Source: a virus
Taxonomy: Duplodnaviria > Caudoviricetes
IMG/VR virus record: IMGVR_UViG_3300010413_000088
Location: 1-37,812 of that record
Strand: one strand, 5' to 3'
Length of the DNA: 37,812 nucleotides
Made by a program: the position numbers and the translations under genes. Of the stretch, positions 1 to 8,721 are shown piece by piece; positions within the stretch are counted from its first letter, which is position 1; every line of letters starts with the position of its first letter. Under the pieces are notes generated by a model, which had not been told where the DNA came from, made no database searches, and worked only from the letters and a program-made list of their open reading frames with translations.

Positions 1-109
1 CGGCCAGGGAGATGTACCCGTAACCCTGGCCGGTGAGCAAGTTGACGTATCCGATCGGGCAGCGCGGGACCTGGGCAAGGTAGACATAGCCGCCTTTGAT
101 GTAGCGTTG
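1..109. repeat. Terminal direct repeat, left copy (identical to 37704-37812); indicates a circular or circularly permuted genome
   Basis: cggccagggagatgtacccg...tttgatgtagcgttg occurs at both ends of the contig, and a reading frame continues across the join. Confidence 0.97.
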
Positions 110-541
110 CCGGCGGGGACAAACAACATAGGTGATGTGGACCTGGCCAGCGCGATCCCCGCCGGGACCAACACGATCGGTAACGTTGGCATGGCGCCGC
201 AGACCAGCGGGGGGTACTCTATCTACCGTGACATTGACCTAGACGAGACCGGGATCAACGTTAAGGCCAGCGCCGGCCAGGTGTTCGGCTGGTACCTGTA
301 CAACCTGGCCACGGCCAAGCGGTATATCAAACTGTATGACAAGGCGACCGCGCCGACGGTGGGCACGGACACGCCGATCCTTACGATCCCGTTGGAGGCG
401 GACCAGGGGGCCAATGTGGAGTACGTGGGCGGGATCGCCTGCAGCAACGGGATCGGGATCGGGGCGACGACGGGCGTAGCCGATAACGACACGGGGGCGC
501 CGGGGGCCAATGAGGTGATTGTCAATGTTTTCTACAAGTAG
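1..541 (+). CDS. 3' part of a ~287-aa virion/fibre-like protein that starts at 37381 and crosses the contig junction
   Basis: The frame beginning at ATG 37381 continues ...DIAAFDVALPAGTNNIGDVDLASAIPAGTNTIGNVG... to TAG 539-541. It has a duplicated PAGTNxIG motif, is G/T/V/D-rich, and sits among structural genes. The ORF track's TTG start at 107 is internal. Confidence 0.8.
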   Translation, partial: GQGDVPVTLAGEQVDVSDRAARDLGKVDIAAFDVALPAGTNNIGDVDLASAIPAGTNTIGNVGMAPQTSGGYSIYRDIDLDETGINVKASAGQVFGWYLYNLATAKRYIKLYDKATAPTVGTDTPILTIPLEADQGANVEYVGGIACSNGIGIGATTGVADNDTGAPGANEVIVNVFYK

Positions 542-926
542 CCTCTTGCCACGGGCGGAGTTCACCAGCTTCACCGTGTTCCCAGCGGCGAACCGTTCAC
601 CCGGCACGATCTACGAATCGGCAGCGGTCCAGGTACCCACAGCCAGCAAGGCGCGGATCTGGCTTACAGTGTTAGACCTAATCGCTGAGCCGGTGACGAC
701 TATCGTTCACTGGACGATCCAGCGTTCACCGGCTGAAGCTGGGCCATGGGTACATATGATCTCAAGTCATATGACGGGCTTTGACGGGGAGCCACAGCCG
801 CGCCCGGTCGGTGAGTTATCCTGTAGTGTGGGGACATTGAACGGCCAGTGGATCCGGGGCTGGATGTGGTTCGAGACGGCGGGCGATACGCGGCTAAGGC
901 TGGGGGTTGACGGGGAGATCGCCTAA
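525..926 (+). CDS. Hypothetical beta-rich virion protein
   Basis: ATG 525 is preceded by GAGGTG (512-517); its stop overlaps the next start (TAATG); it lies in the structural cluster. Confidence 0.6.
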   Translation: MFSTSSLLPRAEFTSFTVFPAANRSPGTIYESAAVQVPTASKARIWLTVLDLIAEPVTTIVHWTIQRSPAEAGPWVHMISSHMTGFDGEPQPRPVGELSCSVGTLNGQWIRGWMWFETAGDTRLRLGVDGEIA

Positions 927-1609
927 TGCCTATCGTACGGGAACAGTACAAAGTAGGCCAGGGCGGCGGGCTGAGCATAGATATAACGTTTGACAGCAGT
1001 GTAAGCGCTGGGAGTCTGCTACTGTGCGCGATCAGCGGATACGACGCACAAGCGCCCAAGACCTACACGGTCAGCGACGACCAGGGCAATAGCTGGTCGG
1101 ACATACACGAGATCAACTACCAGACGCACGATGTAGGGGTAATGAGCTACGCGATGAACGCGGGCGCAGGGTCTACCACTGTCACCGTTACCGCTGATTC
1201 GGGTACCAGCGCATATTTTACAGTTGTCATTGTAGAAGTGAGCGGGATCAAAACCAGCGGGGCGTTAGACCAGAACAACTACAGCAGCACCAGCGGCACC
1301 AGTTGGGACAGTGGCAATATCGCAACAACGCAGGATGACGAATATCTTTTCGGTGTGTTCGCCCACGACGACGGCAATTTTACGTTGACCGAGGACGGGG
1401 CATGGACGCTGATCTTTGAGGAAGAAACCCAAAGCGCGGATATGCCTATCAGTGTATGCGAGCGGATCGTCAGCAGCACGTTAACGGAATCGTTCAGCGG
1501 CACAATCAGCGGCACGGCGGATCACTATGCCGGGATCGCTTCCTTTGAAATGTCGGGGGCTCCTCCGCCGACACCGGCCAGCTTGCTAATGATGATGGGG
1601 GTAGGCTAA
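926..1609 (+). CDS. Ser/Thr-rich beta-sandwich virion surface/fibre protein
   Basis: 227 aa with two beta-rich halves (SVSAGSLLLCAISG..YTVSDDQGNSW; IATTQDDEYLFGVF..WTLI), a Pro linker and a hydrophobic C-terminal tip. Translationally coupled on both sides. Confidence 0.65.
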   Translation: MPIVREQYKVGQGGGLSIDITFDSSVSAGSLLLCAISGYDAQAPKTYTVSDDQGNSWSDIHEINYQTHDVGVMSYAMNAGAGSTTVTVTADSGTSAYFTVVIVEVSGIKTSGALDQNNYSSTSGTSWDSGNIATTQDDEYLFGVFAHDDGNFTLTEDGAWTLIFEEETQSADMPISVCERIVSSTLTESFSGTISGTADHYAGIASFEMSGAPPPTPASLLMMMGVG

Positions 1610-3252
1610 TGCCATTGAAACGCCGGCTTTTGGGTACCGGCCGGGTTCGACAGACGCCGGCCTACTGGCTAGAGTTCGATGGGGCAAACGACTATATCAG
1701 CCTTCCGACTGGGGAGGGAGACGAACCGACGACGGCGATCTTTGTCGAGGCGTGGATCTTGCACGTCGTGGACGACCTGGACAAAACGATCATCCAGCGT
1801 GGCGGCGCGACCTATGACGGGTACAGCCTATCGGTCCGGATGCGAAGCAGTAGCGACAGTATGTACTTTCGCTTTTACCTGAGCGGACCAGCAAGCGGAA
1901 ACCTGTACAAAACGATCAACCTCGTGTCTCAGGTGAGCGCCTACCCCATACACCTGGCGGCAGGATGGAGCGCCGCTACACAGACGATCTACTATTTTAT
2001 CCAGGGTGTACTCGTGGCCACGGCGGCGAGCGATGATACCCCGATCAGCTATGCAAACGAGGGATGGGAGATCGGCAGGCTTAACGCGTCGCTGTGGCCA
2101 TTGAGCCATAAGGTCAGCCAGATCAGGGTATCCAATGTGCTGAGACATACAAGCACTTTCACGCCGGCCGCGATCCTCCCCTATGATGGGGACACGGTAT
2201 ACCTGGGCCGGGCCACCGCCGGCAGCGGGATCACCCTGGCCGACGAGGCGCACGGGCACGACGGGACATTTAAAGGGGTGGGTGAACCCGCCTGGGGTAG
2301 CCTGGCGGATTGTGCTACTTTGCATCATGGCGCGGAGCTGTGGGCGGCGGTACTCGATATCCTCCCCGGGGTGTCAGATGTGAATATCTACGCACACCGG
2401 ACAGACGCGGATAACTACGAGGTCTACTGGAAGATCCACGACACGGGGCCATACTGGGCAAAGAAGGTACTAAGGCGAGAGGGCGCCGGGCTGGGTATGG
2501 GTCGTGGGGCGTGGACCGGGATCCCGGACCCGGCCAACGATAGCCCCAGCACGTGGACAACCGATCCAAGTACGGTACACCAGTTGACCAGCTCCGCCGC
2601 CGACCAGTACGCACTACAGATCGACGCTGGAAATGGCTCCTTTTGGGGAGGCCAGGGCCACGGCAACGAGACGGTAAGCGTAGCAGAGGCCTGGGAGATC
2701 GACGGGGAAAGCTGGACCCCGGGTAACGGGGACTGGGGCAACGGGGAGGTTATCACCTATGCAGTGACGACCGAGATTGACGACCCAGTGGGCAGCGCCG
2801 TGGTAGCCGAGGTGGCGCAGGTTATCACCTGGGACCGATCGACGCAGTACGTTGAGTATCGCCTGGTCGTAACGTGGAAAGCGGACCTAGAGCTTTTAAG
2901 CGGTTATCTGTGTATGCAGACGTTGGACACCACGAACCTGAGTAAAGTCACCATGAAGCTGGCAGGTACGGACTACGACCTGGTAGGGGTGGACGGCACG
3001 GCCGGCGAGGAACGATCGATCACCATAGCCGCCTGGGATGCGACCAAGGAACAGGTGTGCACGATCCACGTGACCGACTACAACGGGCTGTTGAGAATGG
3101 CGCAGGGGACCCGGGCTTTTGTTAACCAGAACAACAACAAGCTGTATTTGTCACTGAGCGGGGGCCTATGCAAGAGCGGCGAGTCGGTGAGCGTGACGGC
3201 CCAGTGGGCGTATCTGGACAGTTGCGGTAACCATATCCTAAAGACGACCTGA
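1609..3252 (+). CDS. Tail fibre/adhesin with N-terminal LamG (concanavalin A-like lectin) domain
   Basis: LamG-like pattern LEFDGANDYISLP...FVEAWI...HLAAGW...IYYFIQGVLVAT...IGR...VSQIRVSNVLR.TSTFTP, followed by a beta-rich C-terminal domain. Confidence 0.75.
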   Translation: MPLKRRLLGTGRVRQTPAYWLEFDGANDYISLPTGEGDEPTTAIFVEAWILHVVDDLDKTIIQRGGATYDGYSLSVRMRSSSDSMYFRFYLSGPASGNLYKTINLVSQVSAYPIHLAAGWSAATQTIYYFIQGVLVATAASDDTPISYANEGWEIGRLNASLWPLSHKVSQIRVSNVLRHTSTFTPAAILPYDGDTVYLGRATAGSGITLADEAHGHDGTFKGVGEPAWGSLADCATLHHGAELWAAVLDILPGVSDVNIYAHRTDADNYEVYWKIHDTGPYWAKKVLRREGAGLGMGRGAWTGIPDPANDSPSTWTTDPSTVHQLTSSAADQYALQIDAGNGSFWGGQGHGNETVSVAEAWEIDGESWTPGNGDWGNGEVITYAVTTEIDDPVGSAVVAEVAQVITWDRSTQYVEYRLVVTWKADLELLSGYLCMQTLDTTNLSKVTMKLAGTDYDLVGVDGTAGEERSITIAAWDATKEQVCTIHVTDYNGLLRMAQGTRAFVNQNNNKLYLSLSGGLCKSGESVSVTAQWAYLDSCGNHILKTT

Positions 3253-3262
3253 GGGGGGAAGC

Positions 3263-5680
3263 ATGAAGATCAGCCTAAGTATGATCACCAAACCGGACGA
3301 GTGGCAAATGTTAGACCGGTGTCTAGAGAGCACCGGCGGGATCTTTGACGAGATCGTGGTAGTGGCCACCTACAAAGGCAAGCGGCCGAGGGTCCGCAAC
3401 TTTGGGAGGACGGCCAAGCGGCACAAGGCGCGGGTGGAATGGTTCGAGTGGGTGGACGATTTCGCAGCGGCGAGGAATCGCAGCTTTGCCCTGGCGGTGC
3501 ACCCGTGGCGCTTTTGGTTGGACACCGACGACACGCTAAGCGACGCGGAAGCGCTCCCCGAGGTGTTGGGCACACTGGACCCGGAGCGGTGGCCACTGCC
3601 CCAAGTGGCGCTTGCCATGCCGTACTACTATGGGCATGACGAGTACGGTAACCCCGTGACGATCTTGACCAGGACCCGGGCGGTATGGTGGCCTCACGGC
3701 TGGCGGTGGGTGCGCCGGGTGCATGAGGACCTACAGCCGAGGCGGCCGGTAGACCTGGCCAAGACCGCGGATATCGGGGTAGTGCACCGACCGGCGCCGG
3801 TGGAGGAAGGGACGGACCCGCCGGCAGCGCGCAACTTGCGGATCCTACTGCAGGAGCTCGAGGACGACCCCGGCGACCTCAGAACGATCCAATACCTGGG
3901 ACACCAATACTTTGCCCTACATGACTGGGAACAGGCGGCCGAGAGCTACAGGACTTTTCTCGAGGCGGCGCCGCGGACGATCGAGGCCTGGCAGGCCTGG
4001 CACTTTTTAGCGCTGGCCTACCGCAACATGGAACGGCACAACGAGGCAGCCGCGGCAGAGTTCCAGGCGATCCAACTGGCCCCCCACCTGGCGGATCCCT
4101 ACTATGGGCTCATGGCGGTAGCGGTGGAGGTCGGCTTATATGCTGAGGCGTTGCACTGGCTCGAGGTGGCGCGGAGTGCCCAGCGCCCGCCGGCAGACGC
4201 TCCCATATTCTACAACCCCATGGAGTACGAATATAACCCGGTCTTGTTTTCACACCGGGCCTATGCCAAGCTAGGCCAGTTCAGCCAGGCGATAGCAGAG
4301 ATCGATCGGGGGCTGAGGCTGAGACCGGAGGATCAATATTTGCTAAGCCAGCGGGCGCAGATTGTAGACTTGCAGGAGAAACAGCGCCTAGCCCTGAGCT
4401 GGGCAGCCGTGGCCAGGCGCGCCAGGGAGGGCGACAGGGCGAAGGGAACGAAGGCCAGAGGGAAAGCAGCCCTAGCGCTGGCTAAGGAGATCGGGCCGGA
4501 GGTCCTCACGGGCTTTGACGGATCCCGGGGAGAACTGCAGGAGTTGGAACACCGGTTAACCCTGGGCCATCCCCAGCGCGCCCGGCCGCGGGTCGTGATT
4601 TTTTGTGGCCAGTCGGTGGAACCCTTCGGACCGGTACGAGTAGAGACGGAGGGGCTAGGCGGCAGCGAGGCGGCGGTAGTATACGTGGCCCAGGAACTGG
4701 CCCAGCTGGGGGCCCAGGTCCTGGTCTACAATGAGCCCGGCGAGGAATGGGGCGCGCAAGGCTACGTGGATGGGGTAAGCTGGTGGCCCTGGCAACTGTA
4801 CGACCCGGCAGAGGTGAGCTGTGATCTCTTTGTAGCCTGGCGCCGGCCGGAGCTGGCGGCAGCCATCCCCCGTAAGTGCGGCGCGTCGTGGTTGTGGATG
4901 CACGATCTACACGCAGGGGGAGAGTTCACCCCGGAGCGGATAGAGGCCTTTGACCTCGTGCGCCCGGTATCTAACTGGGCGGGGGATTATCTCCGCATGG
5001 TCTACCCCTGGCTGAAAGAGGGGCAGGTAATAGCGACGGCCAACGGACGAGATCCCCAGGTAGAGCTCAGGGATCCGGCGTGGATTGAAAGCGGGCCCAG
5101 GGGTCAGCGCTTGATCTGGACCAGCAGCCCGGATCGGGGGCTGGACAACCTATTAAGGGCCTGGCCCGATATCCTCAGGGTGGCGCCCGATGCGCGCTTG
5201 CACGTCTATTATGGATGGGAGGTGTACGATCGGGCCATGAACCAACGGGGCAGCCCGGCGATTATGGCCCGGTTCAAAAGAGAGGTGGAGCACCTGGCCA
5301 AACAACCGGGGGTGATCTGGCATGGACGGGTGGGCCGGGCAGAGCTGGCGGACGCCTGGGCGCGCGCAGACGTGTGGGCATATCCTACAGAATTTTTGGA
5401 GGTATCCTGTATAACGGCGATGAACGCGGCCGCCTCAGGGGTAGCGATTCTCACAAGTCACCACGGAGCGATACCGGAGACGTTAGGCGAGGTAGGTTAC
5501 AAGCTGAGAGGGCCCGCCGGTGGGGTGCACTATCAGGCGAGGTTCACGGGTTATCTGGTGAATATTCTCACGGACCCGGACGAATGGCGGCGGGCCGCGG
5601 CCGGCGGACCGGCGCAGGCAGCAGGGAAAACATGGGCGGCGGTGGCCGCGGAATGGATGGAGCGAGGGGGCTTGAAATGA
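3263..5680 (+). CDS. Multidomain glycosyltransferase: GT-A/GT2 + TPR repeats + GT-B/GT4
   Basis: N-terminal KISLSMITK...LDRCLES..DEIVVV...DDFAAARN...WLDTDD (DXD)...RVHE is SunS-like GT2. TPR helices follow (YLGHQYFALHDWEQAAESY). The C-terminus has LGGSE...SSPDRGLDNLL..WP...WAYPTEFLEVSCITAMNAAASG (GT4). Confidence 0.9.
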   Translation: MKISLSMITKPDEWQMLDRCLESTGGIFDEIVVVATYKGKRPRVRNFGRTAKRHKARVEWFEWVDDFAAARNRSFALAVHPWRFWLDTDDTLSDAEALPEVLGTLDPERWPLPQVALAMPYYYGHDEYGNPVTILTRTRAVWWPHGWRWVRRVHEDLQPRRPVDLAKTADIGVVHRPAPVEEGTDPPAARNLRILLQELEDDPGDLRTIQYLGHQYFALHDWEQAAESYRTFLEAAPRTIEAWQAWHFLALAYRNMERHNEAAAAEFQAIQLAPHLADPYYGLMAVAVEVGLYAEALHWLEVARSAQRPPADAPIFYNPMEYEYNPVLFSHRAYAKLGQFSQAIAEIDRGLRLRPEDQYLLSQRAQIVDLQEKQRLALSWAAVARRAREGDRAKGTKARGKAALALAKEIGPEVLTGFDGSRGELQELEHRLTLGHPQRARPRVVIFCGQSVEPFGPVRVETEGLGGSEAAVVYVAQELAQLGAQVLVYNEPGEEWGAQGYVDGVSWWPWQLYDPAEVSCDLFVAWRRPELAAAIPRKCGASWLWMHDLHAGGEFTPERIEAFDLVRPVSNWAGDYLRMVYPWLKEGQVIATANGRDPQVELRDPAWIESGPRGQRLIWTSSPDRGLDNLLRAWPDILRVAPDARLHVYYGWEVYDRAMNQRGSPAIMARFKREVEHLAKQPGVIWHGRVGRAELADAWARADVWAYPTEFLEVSCITAMNAAASGVAILTSHHGAIPETLGEVGYKLRGPAGGVHYQARFTGYLVNILTDPDEWRRAAAGGPAQAAGKTWAAVAAEWMERGGLK

Positions 5681-6810
5681 AGATCGCCTTTTACCATGAC
5701 AATACGGGGAGCTGGGGGCCGATACAACCCGGCGACGTGGATCGCGGCGGCCGAGGCCTGGGGGGTCGTGAGACAGCGTTAATTCAGGTCAGCCGGCGCC
5801 TAGCAAAGGCGGGGCTAGATGTGGAAGTATTTTGTAACACTGCCAGCCCGGGGGTGGATATTTCCGGGGCGGTGTGGCGAGACTTCCAGGAGGCCTACCG
5901 GATAGGGCTCAGATCGTATGATGTGGCGGTCAGCTTTGACGGGCCCGGCGTGTGGGCGCGGGGTGGCTTGCCGGCAGGTGTGAACGTGATACATGAGCAG
6001 TGCGCCCATCTCCCTGTGGGGAGTCTGGCGCCCCTCGTGGACGCCTATCTGGTTTTGTCCAACTGGCAGGGCTGGCACCTGAACCACTTTGACCGGGCGA
6101 TCGATACCCACAAAATGATCACGGTCTACAATGGGATCGACCTGGCCCGGTACGAAGGGCCACCACCAGAGCGCAACCCGCACCGCGTCTTTTACAGCAG
6201 CAGCCCGGATCGTGGATTGCATCATTTATTGGCAGCCTGGCCCAGGGTTAGGGAGGCCGTGCCCGATGCAGAGCTATGGATCTTTTATGAGGTGGGGCGG
6301 TGGATCCCCACAGTTGAATGGTTCATGAACGAGCTGGGCCGGCGGGCGCAGCTCATAAAAGCGTACTACGAGGCGCCCCCCGAGGGGGTCCGCTTTTGGG
6401 GTATGCTGGATCAATGGACGCTTGCCGAGAAACAGCGGGAATGTTCGCTGTGGGCCTATCCGGCGGACCTCACAGCAGGAACGGAGACCTTCTGTATAAG
6501 CGGACTCGAGGCGGCCGCGGCCGGTTGCGCGCTATTCACCACGGCCGCGGATTGTCTACCGGAAATTTACGGGGAGGTGGCAGCCCTGGCCGCGTTGCCG
6601 TTAGATGTGGAGGCTTACGCGGAGGGGATGATCCGGATCTTGACGGACGAAAGCGAGCGGCTACGCTGGACACCCGGCGGGATATTTGCGCGCAAATATA
6701 CATGGGACTATGTAGCCGCGCGCTGGCTCGAGGCGCTTGTAGCCCTGGCCGCTGGGCAGTGGCCGGATCTCACGGAGATACAAGCGCTTAACGAGCCTGT
6801 GTATTTATAG
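5677..6810 (+). CDS. GT4-family (GT-B) glycosyltransferase, 377 aa
   Basis: The true start is ATG 5677, in an ATGA overlap with the previous stop. Motifs: LGGRETALIQVSRRLA, VYNGIDL, SSSPDRGLHHLL, ETFCISGLEAAAAG (EX7E). Confidence 0.88.
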   Translation: MKIAFYHDNTGSWGPIQPGDVDRGGRGLGGRETALIQVSRRLAKAGLDVEVFCNTASPGVDISGAVWRDFQEAYRIGLRSYDVAVSFDGPGVWARGGLPAGVNVIHEQCAHLPVGSLAPLVDAYLVLSNWQGWHLNHFDRAIDTHKMITVYNGIDLARYEGPPPERNPHRVFYSSSPDRGLHHLLAAWPRVREAVPDAELWIFYEVGRWIPTVEWFMNELGRRAQLIKAYYEAPPEGVRFWGMLDQWTLAEKQRECSLWAYPADLTAGTETFCISGLEAAAAGCALFTTAADCLPEIYGEVAALAALPLDVEAYAEGMIRILTDESERLRWTPGGIFARKYTWDYVAARWLEALVALAAGQWPDLTEIQALNEPVYL

Positions 6811-6824
6811 GGGAGGGGTGGACA

Positions 6825-7688
6825 ATGACGAGGGTAGCAACGCTGGGCGCCCTGGTGGAGGCCCTACAAGGCAACATAGGCCCTATGCTGCAGGGTACCG
6901 CGACGTGGGGGGAAAAGGGTAAGCTAGTGGATGACTACCTGGTGGGCCTGCAGCTCGAGGCGGAGAGCTACGAGGGCACGACGATCCGGGTAGACTTTGC
7001 GGGTACAATCGGGTGGGCGGAGACGTGGATCACCGGCTGGGTCCAGGGAAGCGCCGCGCTTACGTTGTCCCCTTCGTTCACCTGGGATATCCCCGCTGGT
7101 GCCCGGTATCAGGTCATGTTACCGGTGAACTGGGACGGGTATCTGTGGGGGATCAATGAGGCCATCGAGGCAGCGGCGCCGCAGGTGGCCATGCACCGGA
7201 TCGGATCGGTTATGCTGACCAGCGCTTTGTCCTATGAGGTCCCCGAGCAGGCCGACGAGTTGCTAGGGCTCGAGGTCCGATCGCCCCTGTATGCCGAGGG
7301 GTACGCACCGATCCCCCTTGAGTTCTACACCGTCGAGGAACGACAGCGGGCAGGTACCATCCAGCAGGACTACCCCGACGTAGAGAGCTGGTTAACCGTT
7401 CATCTCCGCCAGCCGCTACCGGTGGGGCAGACCCTAAGGGTACACTATGCCCGGTACTATGCGCCTATCACCGAGGCGAGCCCCGCAACGACCCTTGACC
7501 GGGGTTATATCCTGGCGGAAGCGGAGGCCCGGATCCGCCGGCGCCTGGCCAACCGCGCGCCGGCCGCGAGCGCTCAAGTTCATCTCGAGTTGATGGTAGA
7601 CGCCCAGGAGAAAGCCGACGCGCGCAAGGCCTATCTTATGGCCAGCCTGGGCACAGCGCCCCCACCGGAGAAAAAGAAAGGACGGTAA
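6825..7688 (+). CDS. Putative head-tail adaptor/tail ring protein
   Basis: Good RBS (GGGGAGGGG). The helix-beta-helix layout (INEAIEAA...YEVP..LLGLEV...LRVHY...YILAEA) resembles podovirus adaptor proteins; it lies upstream of a nozzle-like gene. Confidence 0.55.
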   Translation: MTRVATLGALVEALQGNIGPMLQGTATWGEKGKLVDDYLVGLQLEAESYEGTTIRVDFAGTIGWAETWITGWVQGSAALTLSPSFTWDIPAGARYQVMLPVNWDGYLWGINEAIEAAAPQVAMHRIGSVMLTSALSYEVPEQADELLGLEVRSPLYAEGYAPIPLEFYTVEERQRAGTIQQDYPDVESWLTVHLRQPLPVGQTLRVHYARYYAPITEASPATTLDRGYILAEAEARIRRRLANRAPAASAQVHLELMVDAQEKADARKAYLMASLGTAPPPEKKKGR

Positions 7689-7690
7689 CC

Positions 7691-8713
7691 ATGGGCAACC
7701 TCGTAACCAATGGCGGCTTTGACACCGATACCACGGGATGGACGCTACCCACCGGGGGCGGCACGATCCCTACCTGGGACAGTATGGGACGCAGCGCCCC
7801 GGGAAGCCTCAAGTTTGCGCCCACGGGTGGGCTAGAGAGTGTAGCGCGCCAGGATCTAGACATACCCAGCGCCGGCCGGCACCGGGTACAATTCTGGCTG
7901 TACTGGGATCAAACAAACGGCTTTGCCCGTGTGGATCTGGGTGATGGGGTCTGGCAATACTGGAACAGTGACGACTACCAGAAGCAAAAATGGTATCAAA
8001 TGTCCTTCGATATGATCTGCAGCGAGGGAAGCCAAACGCTACAGTTTGATATGTGGTCCGATCAAATTGTGTACTTGGATGATGTGTCTGTATACCCCAG
8101 GCTGTGGGATCGCTGTACCCTCCCATGGTTGATTGAGCGTCTTATGTCAGAGCTGCAGGATCTAGGCGGGGCCCTGTTTAGTCCGGCGACGTATGAGCGC
8201 ACGATCTTGGAGGCATTAGACGCGGCGCCGGTGGAGCTGTGGCCGCGGGTTGAGGATGATACCACGATCGAAACCGTAGCGGGGCAGGTGGATTATGACC
8301 TGTCCGGTCTAACCGACTTGGAACGGGGCGAGCACCTGTTAGGGGTGTTCATCCGGCCGGCAGCCACGGGACAGACCCAGTATCAGGACTGGACCCCGGT
8401 CTGGTATCAGGTGTACGACAATGCCGGCAGTTTGACGGTCCGCTTTGATCGACCGTGGACGGGGCGCGAGGTACGCTTGTACTACGCAACCCGACCCACC
8501 GAACCGACCGAGAGCACGCCGGCCGATCTGGATTGCCAATGGTTGGTAGCTGAGGCCATGATCAGGTTGTGGCGGCGGCCAGTAGCGGGGTACGGGGCGC
8601 CGGAGCGACAGGCGATGATGGAATACTGGCAGGCAGAACGCCGGCGCGCCTACCAGGACGCCCAGTACCACGACCCGCCGCGGGTGGCAAAGACACCCTA
8701 CTGGCCACTATAG
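7691..8713 (+). CDS. Adaptor/tail ring paralogue with an N-terminal carbohydrate-binding (CBM4/9-like) domain
   Basis: NLVTNGGFDTDTTGW...ARQDL...W..MSFD...VYLDDVSV is a CBM-like jelly roll. The C-terminal half resembles 6825-7688. Confidence 0.6.
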   Translation: MGNLVTNGGFDTDTTGWTLPTGGGTIPTWDSMGRSAPGSLKFAPTGGLESVARQDLDIPSAGRHRVQFWLYWDQTNGFARVDLGDGVWQYWNSDDYQKQKWYQMSFDMICSEGSQTLQFDMWSDQIVYLDDVSVYPRLWDRCTLPWLIERLMSELQDLGGALFSPATYERTILEALDAAPVELWPRVEDDTTIETVAGQVDYDLSGLTDLERGEHLLGVFIRPAATGQTQYQDWTPVWYQVYDNAGSLTVRFDRPWTGREVRLYYATRPTEPTESTPADLDCQWLVAEAMIRLWRRPVAGYGAPERQAMMEYWQAERRRAYQDAQYHDPPRVAKTPYWPL

Positions 8714-8721
8714 GGGGAGTG

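Noticed and set aside
5215-5676. N-terminal extension of the second glycosyltransferase in the ORF track (likewise 8569-8721 for the nozzle gene)
   Set aside because: It overlaps the upstream gene with shadow-frame composition; better starts exist at 5677 and 8722.
3263-6810. Glycosyltransferases as T4-like DNA glucosylation enzymes
   Set aside because: No hydroxymethylase, TET/JBP, kinase or polymerase is present to supply a modifiable base, and the TPR-GT2 architecture and virion-operon location favour protein acceptors. Disfavoured rather than excluded.
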